From a virus: a stretch of 64,000 nucleotides of DNA. Shown here piece by piece: positions 55,442 through 63,763 of the stretch. Within the stretch, counting starts at the first letter, position 1; every line of letters begins with the position of its first letter. Made by a program: the position numbers and the translations under genes. The DNA lies in the IMG/VR virus record IMGVR_UViG_3300034069_000823, positions 2,090-66,089 of that record; one strand, 5' to 3'. The notes beneath the pieces are model-generated. The model was not told where the DNA came from, did no database searches, and worked only from the letters and a program-made list of their open reading frames with translations.

Positions 55442-56335
55442 TCAATCTTTATTTGTTCTATCTTTTAACCATCTTTGAGTTGCCCACAATTGTCCACAGC
55501 CTCCTCCAATATCATCTTGACCTGCTGGATCAAAAATTCTTATTGAATATCCTACTTCTAACATTTTTTGAGAAAAATCTTGTATTAACTTTTGTTGTCT
55601 ATTTTTACTCTCATGTATAGTTTCGTCTGCTTCACAAATAACAGATAGTGTGCATTCCCAATATTCAGGATTAAATATTGACAATAGATTTAATACATCT
55701 TTATCTGATGAATTATTTTTATGTACACAATAATTAAAAAAAGGTCTTCTTCCTGTCTTTTTCAAGAAGTCTATACCCCAATTGCTAATGTCTTTTAAAC
55801 TCATAGTCCTTGTAGGTATTAAATTTCTTCTGGCTTCATCTGTACTTTCATGAACTGAGAATTGAAGACCTATTTTATCTATTTTAGATGCTAATTCATT
55901 AAATACGTATTTAGACGTATTATTACCTTCTGGGGCAGATGTGCTAACAAGCAAACTTGCATTTGGGTATAGTTTATTTAAACTTACTATTGCTGATTCC
56001 AAGTTTCTATAATTATGAAATGGCTCTCCCATACTCATAAACATAATTTGAAGTTTATTTATATCTAATGGATTACAATCTATTAATTGTAAACATTCTT
56101 GAACTTGATAAATAATTTCTTTATCTGTTAAGTTTCTTATAAACTGTTTGCCTGTGCCACAAAAACTACAACCTACTGCACATCCTGATTGAACTGAACA
56201 ACAAATAACTGTTCTATCTATATATTCAGGATATTTATAGAGAACTGCCTCTGCTACTGCATCTTTGGAGGTAAAAACTAATTTTTTTACTCTTGTATCT
56301 GATGATTCTAACACATCTACCTTAAAAATACTCAT
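55442..56335 (-). CDS. RlmN/Cfr-family radical SAM RNA methyltransferase-like protein (TGA stop)
   Basis: CCSVQSGCAVGCSFCGTG (CxxxCxxC plus upstream Cys), MSMGEP, FSVH and DIGGGCGQL, all in class A radical SAM methylase order. Confidence 0.88.
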   Translation of the reverse strand: MSIFKVDVLESSDTRVKKLVFTSKDAVAEAVLYKYPEYIDRTVICCSVQSGCAVGCSFCGTGKQFIRNLTDKEIIYQVQECLQLIDCNPLDINKLQIMFMSMGEPFHNYRNLESAIVSLNKLYPNASLLVSTSAPEGNNTSKYVFNELASKIDKIGLQFSVHESTDEARRNLIPTRTMSLKDISNWGIDFLKKTGRRPFFNYCVHKNNSSDKDVLNLLSIFNPEYWECTLSVICEADETIHESKNRQQKLIQDFSQKMLEVGYSIRIFDPAGQDDIGGGCGQLWATQRWLKDRTNKD

Positions 56336-56346
56336 CTTTTTATCTT

Positions 56347-56541
56347 TTATTTTATCTTTTTTGTACTATACTGAACATCAATATGTCTGGTATATGAAAA
56401 TTTTTTACCACATTTACTACAAAGTAGTGTTTCATAATCACTTGGAAATTGCCAACTGTCAATATGTGTATATCCACAATAAGGACATACTATTTTTTCT
56501 ATATATTTATGATTAATATTTTTACTCATAGTTTTCGCCAT
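56347..56541 (-). CDS. Small Zn-ribbon protein
   Basis: CPYC...CSKC. Confidence 0.7.
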   Translation of the reverse strand: MAKTMSKNINHKYIEKIVCPYCGYTHIDSWQFPSDYETLLCSKCGKKFSYTRHIDVQYSTKKIK

Positions 56542-56740
56542 ATTCTTTTTGTATATATTCTCCCCAATATATTACATCATCTACTTTTTTACGTACAGAT
56601 GCTTTTTCAAGATATTCTTTAGGTATTTGTTTTAATACTTTTAATAAGATATTAAATTCCTGTTCAAAAAATACAGCCCTTCCCTCTTGTTTTATTCTAA
56701 AATGAATAATTTCTTCTACTAGTTTTATATCTTTATTCAT
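56522..56740 (-). CDS. Small hypothetical protein
   Basis: ORF track, 72 aa. Confidence 0.6.
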   Translation of the reverse strand: MNKDIKLVEEIIHFRIKQEGRAVFFEQEFNILLKVLKQIPKEYLEKASVRKKVDDVIYWGEYIQKEYGENYE

Positions 56741-57221
56741 AGTAATTTATAGTATTTATATTAATAAATTCATCTTCTGGTAATCCAAAGACATTATAAT
56801 GATTGTCAAAGAGATATTCAAATAAAGGGAGTTGATACAATACTTGACTTCCTTCACTAAAAGCTCCACCATCTTCATACAATGTTCTAAAACTTTTAGT
56901 TGCTTTATCATATAAAAACTTTTCAGATCTATGCCAACATCCACTTTGTCTTACTTCAAATTTCTTCTTAGGAAAAGCTATTTTTGCTAACTCTATAATA
57001 TCAATCTTACCATTTATTTCTTTGTATAAGTCTGACATGGGACGAAGTATTAGTTTCATTTTTTCAGAATCATATACAAAGAAAGAACTACCTGTATATA
57101 TTTTTATATCTGAACTATCTAACTCAATACCTTGTACTTTAAATATATTGTTAAACCTGTCTTTGATTTGTATTGCATTATTTCCACCTATTGGGTAATG
57201 CTGTAAATATTTTAGTTTCAT
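56733..57221 (-). CDS. Hypothetical Bacteroidota-phage protein (KLILRPMSDL...HYNVFGL type)
   Basis: ORF track. Confidence 0.65.
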   Translation of the reverse strand: MKLKYLQHYPIGGNNAIQIKDRFNNIFKVQGIELDSSDIKIYTGSSFFVYDSEKMKLILRPMSDLYKEINGKIDIIELAKIAFPKKKFEVRQSGCWHRSEKFLYDKATKSFRTLYEDGGAFSEGSQVLYQLPLFEYLFDNHYNVFGLPEDEFININTINYYE

Positions 57222-57967
57222 TATTTTTTATTTTTAGTAGTTTTTACTTTAGTATGTTCTTTATTTTTAACAAACGCATAATAATCGAATATACCTCTTA
57301 GGGTTGTTAGATTATGCTTAAAATTAACTTTATAAGTAGGGTATAACCATTTACCACCAGTATACCCATATCTAATACCATTATCATCAACTTTAAAATC
57401 AAATAATTTACTTAGATAATAATGTTTTACTTCATTAGTTAGTTCTATATCTAGATTTAAAATGTTATCTTTATTTATATTATTATTATTAATATTATTA
57501 TTATTAATATAATTTTTTAAATCATCAACATGAAATACAATACCAGTACTATAAATACCGCAATCATCATATGTTTTAAATTTTTCATGTGGTATATCTA
57601 TATCTATAAACCATTTTACTTTATATAGTTCTTCGTCTGTTAAATTAGTAATATTACTTAGTAAAGTTTCTTCACTAGGACACCATATTGCTCTTATATT
57701 AACTATTGGTACATTATACTCAACTATTTCATGTTGATTACATTCACTATAACATTTTATACCTTTTGCAGTTATACCTACTTTTATAAAATATTCTTTA
57801 TAAACTTCAAATCTTTTACTTAAGGCTCCTTCAACTGTTACAATATTATCTGTACATCCATATACAATTATTAAGTTATTTTCTGATGCTTTATTTATGA
57901 TATATCTTGAAAATTCAGTATCATAGGAGTTACCATTTAATAGATTTGCTAATTCTTTTGCTTTCAT
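57221..57967 (-). CDS. Hypothetical phage protein (LIIVYG...IPHEKF...GIVF type) with Asn-rich linker
   Basis: ORF track, 248 aa. Confidence 0.65.
   Translation of the reverse strand: MKAKELANLLNGNSYDTEFSRYIINKASENNLIIVYGCTDNIVTVEGALSKRFEVYKEYFIKVGITAKGIKCYSECNQHEIVEYNVPIVNIRAIWCPSEETLLSNITNLTDEELYKVKWFIDIDIPHEKFKTYDDCGIYSTGIVFHVDDLKNYINNNNINNNNINKDNILNLDIELTNEVKHYYLSKLFDFKVDDNGIRYGYTGGKWLYPTYKVNFKHNLTTLRGIFDYYAFVKNKEHTKVKTTKNKK
57479..57508. repeat. 2 x 15-bp tandem repeat (ATTATTATTATTAAT)
   Basis: Read directly; encodes (INNNN)2 on the minus strand. Confidence 0.8.
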
Positions 57968-58039
57968 TATTTATTTATTTTATTAGTTATTATTTTATTC
58001 CCTCTATATTTAATACAGAGAGAATATTTATTATTTAAA

Positions 58040-58285
58040 TTAATAATCTTCTAAAAATATTGTTCCCTTAGGATATGCTAACTGAAGGTCTGCTGTATCA
58101 GTTCCCATTTCATTTAAAGGAAAAAACCCAATTTCTGGACATTCCTCATCAATGTATAAGTCTTCTTCTGTTACAGTAACATATTCCATTTCTTTTACCC
58201 TTTCATCTACTATAACCAAAACTTTTTGTTTTAATTGATCTTCTGAAAGATTTTTTAGCGTGTCAAGTAACTCTTTGTAATTCAT
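58040..58285 (-). CDS. Small acidic hypothetical protein
   Basis: ORF track, 81 aa. Confidence 0.6.
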   Translation of the reverse strand: MNYKELLDTLKNLSEDQLKQKVLVIVDERVKEMEYVTVTEEDLYIDEECPEIGFFPLNEMGTDTADLQLAYPKGTIFLEDY

Positions 58286-58292
58286 AATTTTT

Positions 58293-58808
58293 TTATTTTA
58301 AGATTGTGTATTTAATATTTATTACTCCTTTTTCAAGTCCTTTTAATTTAAGCATTACTACATAAGATAAATCAAATTCTCTTCCTTTAATAAAAGGACC
58401 TCTATCATTTATTCTTACAATTACTGATTCATTATTGTCAGTATTAGTTATTTTTACTTTAGTTCCAAATTTAAGAGTTTTATGAGCAGCTGTATAACTA
58501 TACATATTATAAACTTCTCCATTAGCAGTTCTTCTACCATGAAAAGGTTTACCATACCATGAAGCTTTTGCATAATTAAAAGTAGTTCTTATACTATCAT
58601 TTCTTTTAATATTAGTAAAAGAATTACCTTTTAAAGGAGTTTTAGTATTATTTATATAGCTTGTAGAGCATGATACTCCATATAATAGTATTACAAGAAT
58701 TGCCATTATAAGTGTATATACTAATTTATTTTCTTTTCCATACTTATATAATAATATTATATATACTATAATACCTATTATTATAAAAACTGTTTTAAAG
58801 TTTAACAT
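58293..58808 (-). CDS. RlpA-family (DPBB_1) lytic transglycosylase-like protein, membrane/lipoprotein anchored
   Basis: ASWYGKPFHGRRTANGE...TAAHKTL.FGT.V...VRINDRGPF..GR.FDLS; two hydrophobic segments and a lipobox-like YGVSC. Confidence 0.9.
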   Translation of the reverse strand: MLNFKTVFIIIGIIVYIILLYKYGKENKLVYTLIMAILVILLYGVSCSTSYINNTKTPLKGNSFTNIKRNDSIRTTFNYAKASWYGKPFHGRRTANGEVYNMYSYTAAHKTLKFGTKVKITNTDNNESVIVRINDRGPFIKGREFDLSYVVMLKLKGLEKGVINIKYTILK

Positions 58809-58834
58809 AATCTATTACTTTAATTTAAAAAGAG

Positions 58835-58860
58835 AGTCAGGGAAAATATACTCCCTGACT
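58835..58860 (-). terminator. Probable intrinsic terminator
   Basis: 9-bp stem AGTCAGGGA/TCCCTGACT; followed by CTCTTTTT on the minus strand. Confidence 0.7.
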
Positions 58861-58885
58861 ATTATATTTATCATAAAAATAGAAT

Positions 58886-59332
58886 TTAATCTATAATTTC
58901 ATATTTATAAGGATTACCTTCTGCTATTCCATTAAGATAATATTCTATTTTAAATCTTTCACTTGCTTTTTCCCAAGCAATTCCTTCTTTTTTCTTATTA
59001 TAATCACCAGGTATTCCACCAAAAATCCAATCATAATAAACCTTTTCACTTATAGTAGTTTTTCTTTTTACTACTTCTTGACTTCTAGGAGTAAAATCAC
59101 TAGGAGATAAGTATAAGTTTTTAGGCGTAATATAACCTTTTCCATCTGGAGCTAATCTTTCAAACGGACTAGTTTTTATCTTGTGTAATTCTTCTTTATC
59201 TAATTTCTTACTCATATTACCTGTTAGTTTCCCTTGATAATAAACAGTTAAAATTAGTTTTGCACTACTTCCAGTAAGTAACTGGTTGCTCCCTCCTTTA
59301 ATAAGGTCAGAAGACTGAATTTTCATATTCAT
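58886..59332 (-). CDS. Hypothetical protein, 148 aa
   Basis: ORF track. Confidence 0.65.
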   Translation of the reverse strand: MNMKIQSSDLIKGGSNQLLTGSSAKLILTVYYQGKLTGNMSKKLDKEELHKIKTSPFERLAPDGKGYITPKNLYLSPSDFTPRSQEVVKRKTTISEKVYYDWIFGGIPGDYNKKKEGIAWEKASERFKIEYYLNGIAEGNPYKYEIID

Positions 59333-59350
59333 AATTAATTTAAAAATATT

Positions 59351-59629
59351 CTATAAAAGAGTATTTCCAAAATGGTGATGTTCTATTTTTTTAGCTACAT
59401 CATCATATTTATAAGAAGTTTCATCTATAAATTTAGCTTCTGTTTCTTCTCCAAATAGTCTTTTGTATTTTTCTAATCTTCTAGGATTATTATCATGTAA
59501 ATCCTTCTTTGCCCAACCTGCATGAGAACAATAATGTGATTCTAATATTTCACCTGTTTCAGGATCAAATATATGAAATAATTCTTCATGATCTACTGTT
59601 GATTCAGGATAAATTATTAATGTCTTCAT
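59351..59629 (-). CDS. Hypothetical protein (LESHYCSHAGWAKKDL motif)
   Basis: ORF track. Confidence 0.65.
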   Translation of the reverse strand: MKTLIIYPESTVDHEELFHIFDPETGEILESHYCSHAGWAKKDLHDNNPRRLEKYKRLFGEETEAKFIDETSYKYDDVAKKIEHHHFGNTLL

Positions 59630-59658
59630 ACATATTTATTATTTATAAGTAGTTTAAA

Positions 59659-59678
59659 AAGCCTCTAAAAAGAGGCTT
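59659..59678 (-). terminator. Probable intrinsic terminator
   Basis: 8-bp stem AAGCCTCT/AGAGGCTT with a 4-nt loop; T-run downstream on the minus strand. Confidence 0.7.
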
Positions 59679-59693
59679 AATAAATTTTTTTTA

Positions 59694-60065
59694 TTATTGA
59701 AGCATTGCCTTCAATTCATCTATAGATTTATCTTCAAGAGCTTTATCTTCTTTAGCTACAATAAGTTCAAGAATTCTTTGATTTTGTGCTTTCTTATCAG
59801 CAATAACTTTAGCTTCTTCATTCTCAGATTTCTTAGTAAGATAAATATCTTTTAGAATATTAAACCTAAGCTCATTTTCAGTATCAACTACTTTAGTATC
59901 ATCTAAAAATGCAAGTTCTTCATCCTCTATATTTTTAAGTATCTTTTTAACAGATTTAATAGCACTTGATAACTGAGTTAAATTTAAATCCCATAACTGT
60001 TCAACACTTAATACTCCTTGACTAGTAAAAAATCTTAATTTTAATTTTGATGCTTGTTTAAACAT
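59694..60065 (-). CDS. Conserved phage protein (KLRFxTxxGxLSVEQLWDL), 123 aa
   Basis: ORF track; coiled-coil C-terminus. Confidence 0.7.
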   Translation of the reverse strand: MFKQASKLKLRFFTSQGVLSVEQLWDLNLTQLSSAIKSVKKILKNIEDEELAFLDDTKVVDTENELRFNILKDIYLTKKSENEEAKVIADKKAQNQRILELIVAKEDKALEDKSIDELKAMLQ

Positions 60066-60083
60066 AATTATATAATATTTAAT

Positions 60084-60521
60084 TTATTTTTGATCTACTA
60101 TTTTAATTGGATAACCTAATATTGTTTCTATTTCAGAAATAGTAATTTCCTTTTTATCTTTATTATGACTATATATTAAATTTGGAGAATTAAATCTTTC
60201 TTTATCTTCGAAAAAATGTAAAGATTCTATATTATCTATTCCTTTCCTAAGGAATAATCCTAATTCCATATTAGAGGAAGGTCTATAAATATATAAAAGT
60301 TTTCCTTTCCCCATTTTAAAATATTTTATTACCTTCTCTATACTACTATGTATAGGAAACCAAGAAGATCCGCTTAAAATAAATTCATATTCCTTAATTT
60401 TAGATCCTGAAGTATTAGGAAATATTTGACCTATATGAGTATGTTTGGCATCAATTCCTGCTCCTGAGTAAATAGACTTAAAGGCTACTATATCTCCTGC
60501 TTGTAATGTTTTTTTATCCAT
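60084..60521 (-). CDS. Hypothetical protein, 145 aa
   Basis: ORF track. Confidence 0.65.
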   Translation of the reverse strand: MDKKTLQAGDIVAFKSIYSGAGIDAKHTHIGQIFPNTSGSKIKEYEFILSGSSWFPIHSSIEKVIKYFKMGKGKLLYIYRPSSNMELGLFLRKGIDNIESLHFFEDKERFNSPNLIYSHNKDKKEITISEIETILGYPIKIVDQK

Positions 60522-60533
60522 TTTTTTAGTTAT

Positions 60534-62663
60534 TTAAAATTTAACTTTTATTATTCTATTATGAGTACCTTTTAATCTGAGTATTACTTCGTCTCTTATA
60601 GTAGCATTAAATCCTAATCCTGACAATTGTTTATCAGTTGATTCTACCATTGTAGTAGCACTTAGAACTTCCATTACTTTCCTATGATCTAATAATTCAG
60701 ATTTAAGGTTTTCATTATGGAAACTTCTTATATTATCAGGTGCTTTACATCCTTCTAACATAAAGAAATAGTGTTTATTACCAACCTTATTATCATTCCA
60801 ATGATTAGGAGATAAACAAACTAAACTAACCTTATGAAAGTTATTAGTTTCAAGATTATATAATTTTTGAGATATACTGTTTGAATCACTTATTGGTAAA
60901 ATAGGAATAATTTCAATTTCACCATCTTTAACTCTAATAGTACATACATCTATTTTTGAACCTTGACGAAAGTATTTATTATAGTTAAATGTAACTACTT
61001 CACCATTAGAAGTTTCTACTTCAAGAGTAAATCCATAATTACTATCCTTTTGCAAGTAATTACTAACAAGTACTTTATAATCTCCATTTTTCAATTTTGA
61101 TTTATCAGTAAATATCACATTTTCAACTCTCTCTTCTGGTGGAAAATTACCATCACAACCTTGAGCATCAAGATCTAACATACCAAAACAAGGACTTAAT
61201 TTTCTTCTGTTAGAATAATAAATTAAATATTCTTGAGGTTCAATAACCTGTAAATCATAATCACTAATAGTATTAGGAAAATGTAATCTAATATTTATAC
61301 ATCCTTCAGTTTTTCCTCCTCTTTTCTTAACTGCATCTTTAATTAGTGATTTACCTGCTAAATTACCATTAAATGTCCAAGAGTAATTATTATTCCATTT
61401 AAAGATATTCTTACTATCTTTATTATTTGCAGTAGTAAGAGTAACCATATTATCTACATGAGAATTAAGAAGAAAAGCTTCAACTGAAGTACAAGAAGGT
61501 AAAATATCCTTCATAAATTTATCAATAGTTACTTCTTCAACTTTATCAAATTCACTTCTTTTATGTCTTGTAGAAGTAGCTTTAATATTATCAAATATTG
61601 ACACTTTAGGTATTTCACCATTACCAGAATTAAGATGAAGTATCTCAGAGGCTTTAATATCATCAATGGTAGCACATCTTCTTATAAAAGATTCTTCATA
61701 ACCATTTTCTTCAACAAACTTTTGAGCTTCCTTAATTTGTTTTTGAGTAATAGGAGCTTTTGCTTTCATATAATTAATAGGATCAACTCTTTTATTCCAA
61801 TTTTCACAGGCTTTATTAAGTTCCATCCCTTGACTAAGTTCAGCACATAAAGTACCAATTAATTCATTTCTGAATTTAGAAATAGTTAATTTATAACTTA
61901 CTTTCCAACACCAATTGTCTTTTTTGCTATTTTCAATAGTGTCATATCTTTGCTTAAAAATAGATATTCTTTCTACTTTATCAAGGTGAGTAGCACCATC
62001 TAATAAAGAACCTTGATTTATAAGATCTCTTACTAACATAAGAGTATCTAAAGATATTTCATCCATAGCTCTTTTAAATACATTCTTAGCGTCTCTAAAT
62101 TCTCCCATTATAGATTCAACTGATTTACCAGTCATATCAACAAATTCTTTTGGAAGCATTAAATAGAAATGATTAAAGGTTCTTATCTCATTTGGTTTAA
62201 CAACACCAAATTTCTCAGCTTCTTCTTTAGTATATCTTTTAACATTTTTATCTATACCTAATTTAAACTGATTATTTTGTTTAGTAGTTTTTTCATAAGG
62301 TAAAGAATTAAGTTCATTAAATGTTTCAAAGAATACATCTTGAATAGGATTATTACGAAGTAAATTACTCATAGCCTTACAGGAACTTTCATATTCTTCT
62401 GATGCCTCTATATCCCAAATACTCATGAGTTTATTATTCTCATCAATAGCTACTATATTACCATATCTTCTAATAAAGTTATTACAAAGATTACAGTTAT
62501 GAGTAGAAGATTCAGGATCTCTGAATATAGGATTATCCTTATTCATAAAATTCTTTAAATAGCAATCCCAAAGAGTACTACCAGTAATGCTACTTCTAAA
62601 TAATTTACCAGTCTTACACATTAAGTTAAACTGATTTTGTAGAAGTAAATTTAAGTGTTTCAT
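60534..62663 (-). CDS. Large conserved uncharacterised phage protein, 709 aa (HNCNLC; YfaP/TerD-like LDLD...VENV segment)
   Basis: ORF track; motif recognition only. Confidence 0.7.
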   Translation of the reverse strand: MKHLNLLLQNQFNLMCKTGKLFRSSITGSTLWDCYLKNFMNKDNPIFRDPESSTHNCNLCNNFIRRYGNIVAIDENNKLMSIWDIEASEEYESSCKAMSNLLRNNPIQDVFFETFNELNSLPYEKTTKQNNQFKLGIDKNVKRYTKEEAEKFGVVKPNEIRTFNHFYLMLPKEFVDMTGKSVESIMGEFRDAKNVFKRAMDEISLDTLMLVRDLINQGSLLDGATHLDKVERISIFKQRYDTIENSKKDNWCWKVSYKLTISKFRNELIGTLCAELSQGMELNKACENWNKRVDPINYMKAKAPITQKQIKEAQKFVEENGYEESFIRRCATIDDIKASEILHLNSGNGEIPKVSIFDNIKATSTRHKRSEFDKVEEVTIDKFMKDILPSCTSVEAFLLNSHVDNMVTLTTANNKDSKNIFKWNNNYSWTFNGNLAGKSLIKDAVKKRGGKTEGCINIRLHFPNTISDYDLQVIEPQEYLIYYSNRRKLSPCFGMLDLDAQGCDGNFPPEERVENVIFTDKSKLKNGDYKVLVSNYLQKDSNYGFTLEVETSNGEVVTFNYNKYFRQGSKIDVCTIRVKDGEIEIIPILPISDSNSISQKLYNLETNNFHKVSLVCLSPNHWNDNKVGNKHYFFMLEGCKAPDNIRSFHNENLKSELLDHRKVMEVLSATTMVESTDKQLSGLGFNATIRDEVILRLKGTHNRIIKVKF

Positions 62664-62665
62664 AA

Positions 62666-62968
62666 TTATTTATTTAAAAGTATATATTCAAAAAGTTCTT
62701 TTATAGAATCAAATTGGTACAAATATCTTCCTGCATCTAAAGCACTACTAATAGCTTCTTTAGGTGTATCACTAATAAATCTTGCTATTATTCTGTTTTC
62801 TCTAATAGAAATAAAACCAAATTTATTACGTCCAATTTTTTTTAAAATACAAAAATCACAATCTTTTGTATTAAGATCATAACCAATTAATTTCGAATTA
62901 TTTACTGGATCAATTTGAGCAACTGTTATAAATTCTGACTCTTTTAGTTCTTTTATTATTCTTTTCAT
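62666..62968 (-). CDS. Hypothetical protein, 100 aa
   Basis: ORF track. Confidence 0.6.
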   Translation of the reverse strand: MKRIIKELKESEFITVAQIDPVNNSKLIGYDLNTKDCDFCILKKIGRNKFGFISIRENRIIARFISDTPKEAISSALDAGRYLYQFDSIKELFEYILLNK

Positions 62969-63079
62969 ATGTATATTATTTTATTAAAGAAAATAATTAA
63001 GGAAATAACTCTGGTTAGAAGTTTTACTAATTATAAGTTCACCATTCCACACTTATAATTAAACCTTAATTACTATTTA

Positions 63080-63529
63080 CTATTTAACAGGATTAAGACC
63101 TGCTTTAGAAGCATTATATATTATCTTATTATTATCAGAATCCAGAACAATTAAGTCAAAATTAAAATAAGAATCCTTAAGGTTCTCTTTTTCATTCATT
63201 ACTAAACGCATATAGTAAATACCAGTTTCATTTTGACAAACTAATATCATTCCTGATTTTTCTAGTCTAAATTTAACTATATGAAATAGCATGCTTTGTT
63301 TATCTTTATCATATTTTATAGATACTATTCTTTTTTGAAAATCAAATAGTACAAAAGTTGTTCTAAGAGAAGTAATATCTTCACCTTCTTTAGGAACTAA
63401 AGTCATTATTTCATATTTAAATACATTTAACCAATCATCTGACTGATTAGTACCTGCATAACTATTAATAGAAATGATAGAAAATAGTACAACTAATAAA
63501 GATAATGTTAGGTTTCTAAATTTTTTCAT
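63080..63529 (-). CDS. Secreted/periplasmic hypothetical protein
   Basis: Signal peptide MKKFRNLTLSLLVVLFSIISINSYA. Confidence 0.7.
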   Translation of the reverse strand: MKKFRNLTLSLLVVLFSIISINSYAGTNQSDDWLNVFKYEIMTLVPKEGEDITSLRTTFVLFDFQKRIVSIKYDKDKQSMLFHIVKFRLEKSGMILVCQNETGIYYMRLVMNEKENLKDSYFNFDLIVLDSDNNKIIYNASKAGLNPVK

Positions 63530-63588
63530 GTTTTTTGTTTTTAAAATGTTTAGTTTAATTAAATTATTTGTTTAGGTTATTAAAATTT

Positions 63589-63738
63589 TTATTTATGATA
63601 TATACAATCTTGTAAATCAGTATAATACTCTAATTTCTCTATAGATTTTTTTAATCTTTGAGTACTATTATAATTATAAATACATATTGCTACAATAAAT
63701 AATATACTCATTAGAGTATATACTAATTTCTTTTTCAT
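63589..63738 (-). CDS. 49-aa membrane-anchored peptide (not in track)
   Basis: MKKKLVYTLMSILFIVAICIYNYNSTQRLKKSIEKLEYYTDLQDCIYHK. Confidence 0.6.
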   Translation of the reverse strand: MKKKLVYTLMSILFIVAICIYNYNSTQRLKKSIEKLEYYTDLQDCIYHK

Positions 63739-63763
63739 ATTTAAATTCTTTTGTTTTTAACTT

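Noticed and set aside
55442-56335. Calling the radical SAM gene cfr (antibiotic resistance) or rlmN
   Set aside because: Motifs support the family only. The N-terminal domain is missing, and C2 versus C8 specificity or substrate cannot be read from sequence.
55442-57967. Foreign-GC island around the RlmN-like gene
   Set aside because: Sampled lines were only slightly higher in GC and similar to dut/nrdJ; not supportable without computation.
32100-62882. Plus-strand track ORFs in the early block (32100, 37693, 44849, 46772, 46994, 50218, 55357, 56265, 61635, 62655) and minus 56756-56944
   Set aside because: They overlap well-supported minus-strand genes and have no recognisable motifs.
58714-63730. 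Shared KLVYTL peptide and 14-nt GTATATACTAATTT between the RlpA gene and the 49-aa ORF
   Set aside because: Too short in AT-rich, hydrophobic-coding DNA to distinguish from chance.
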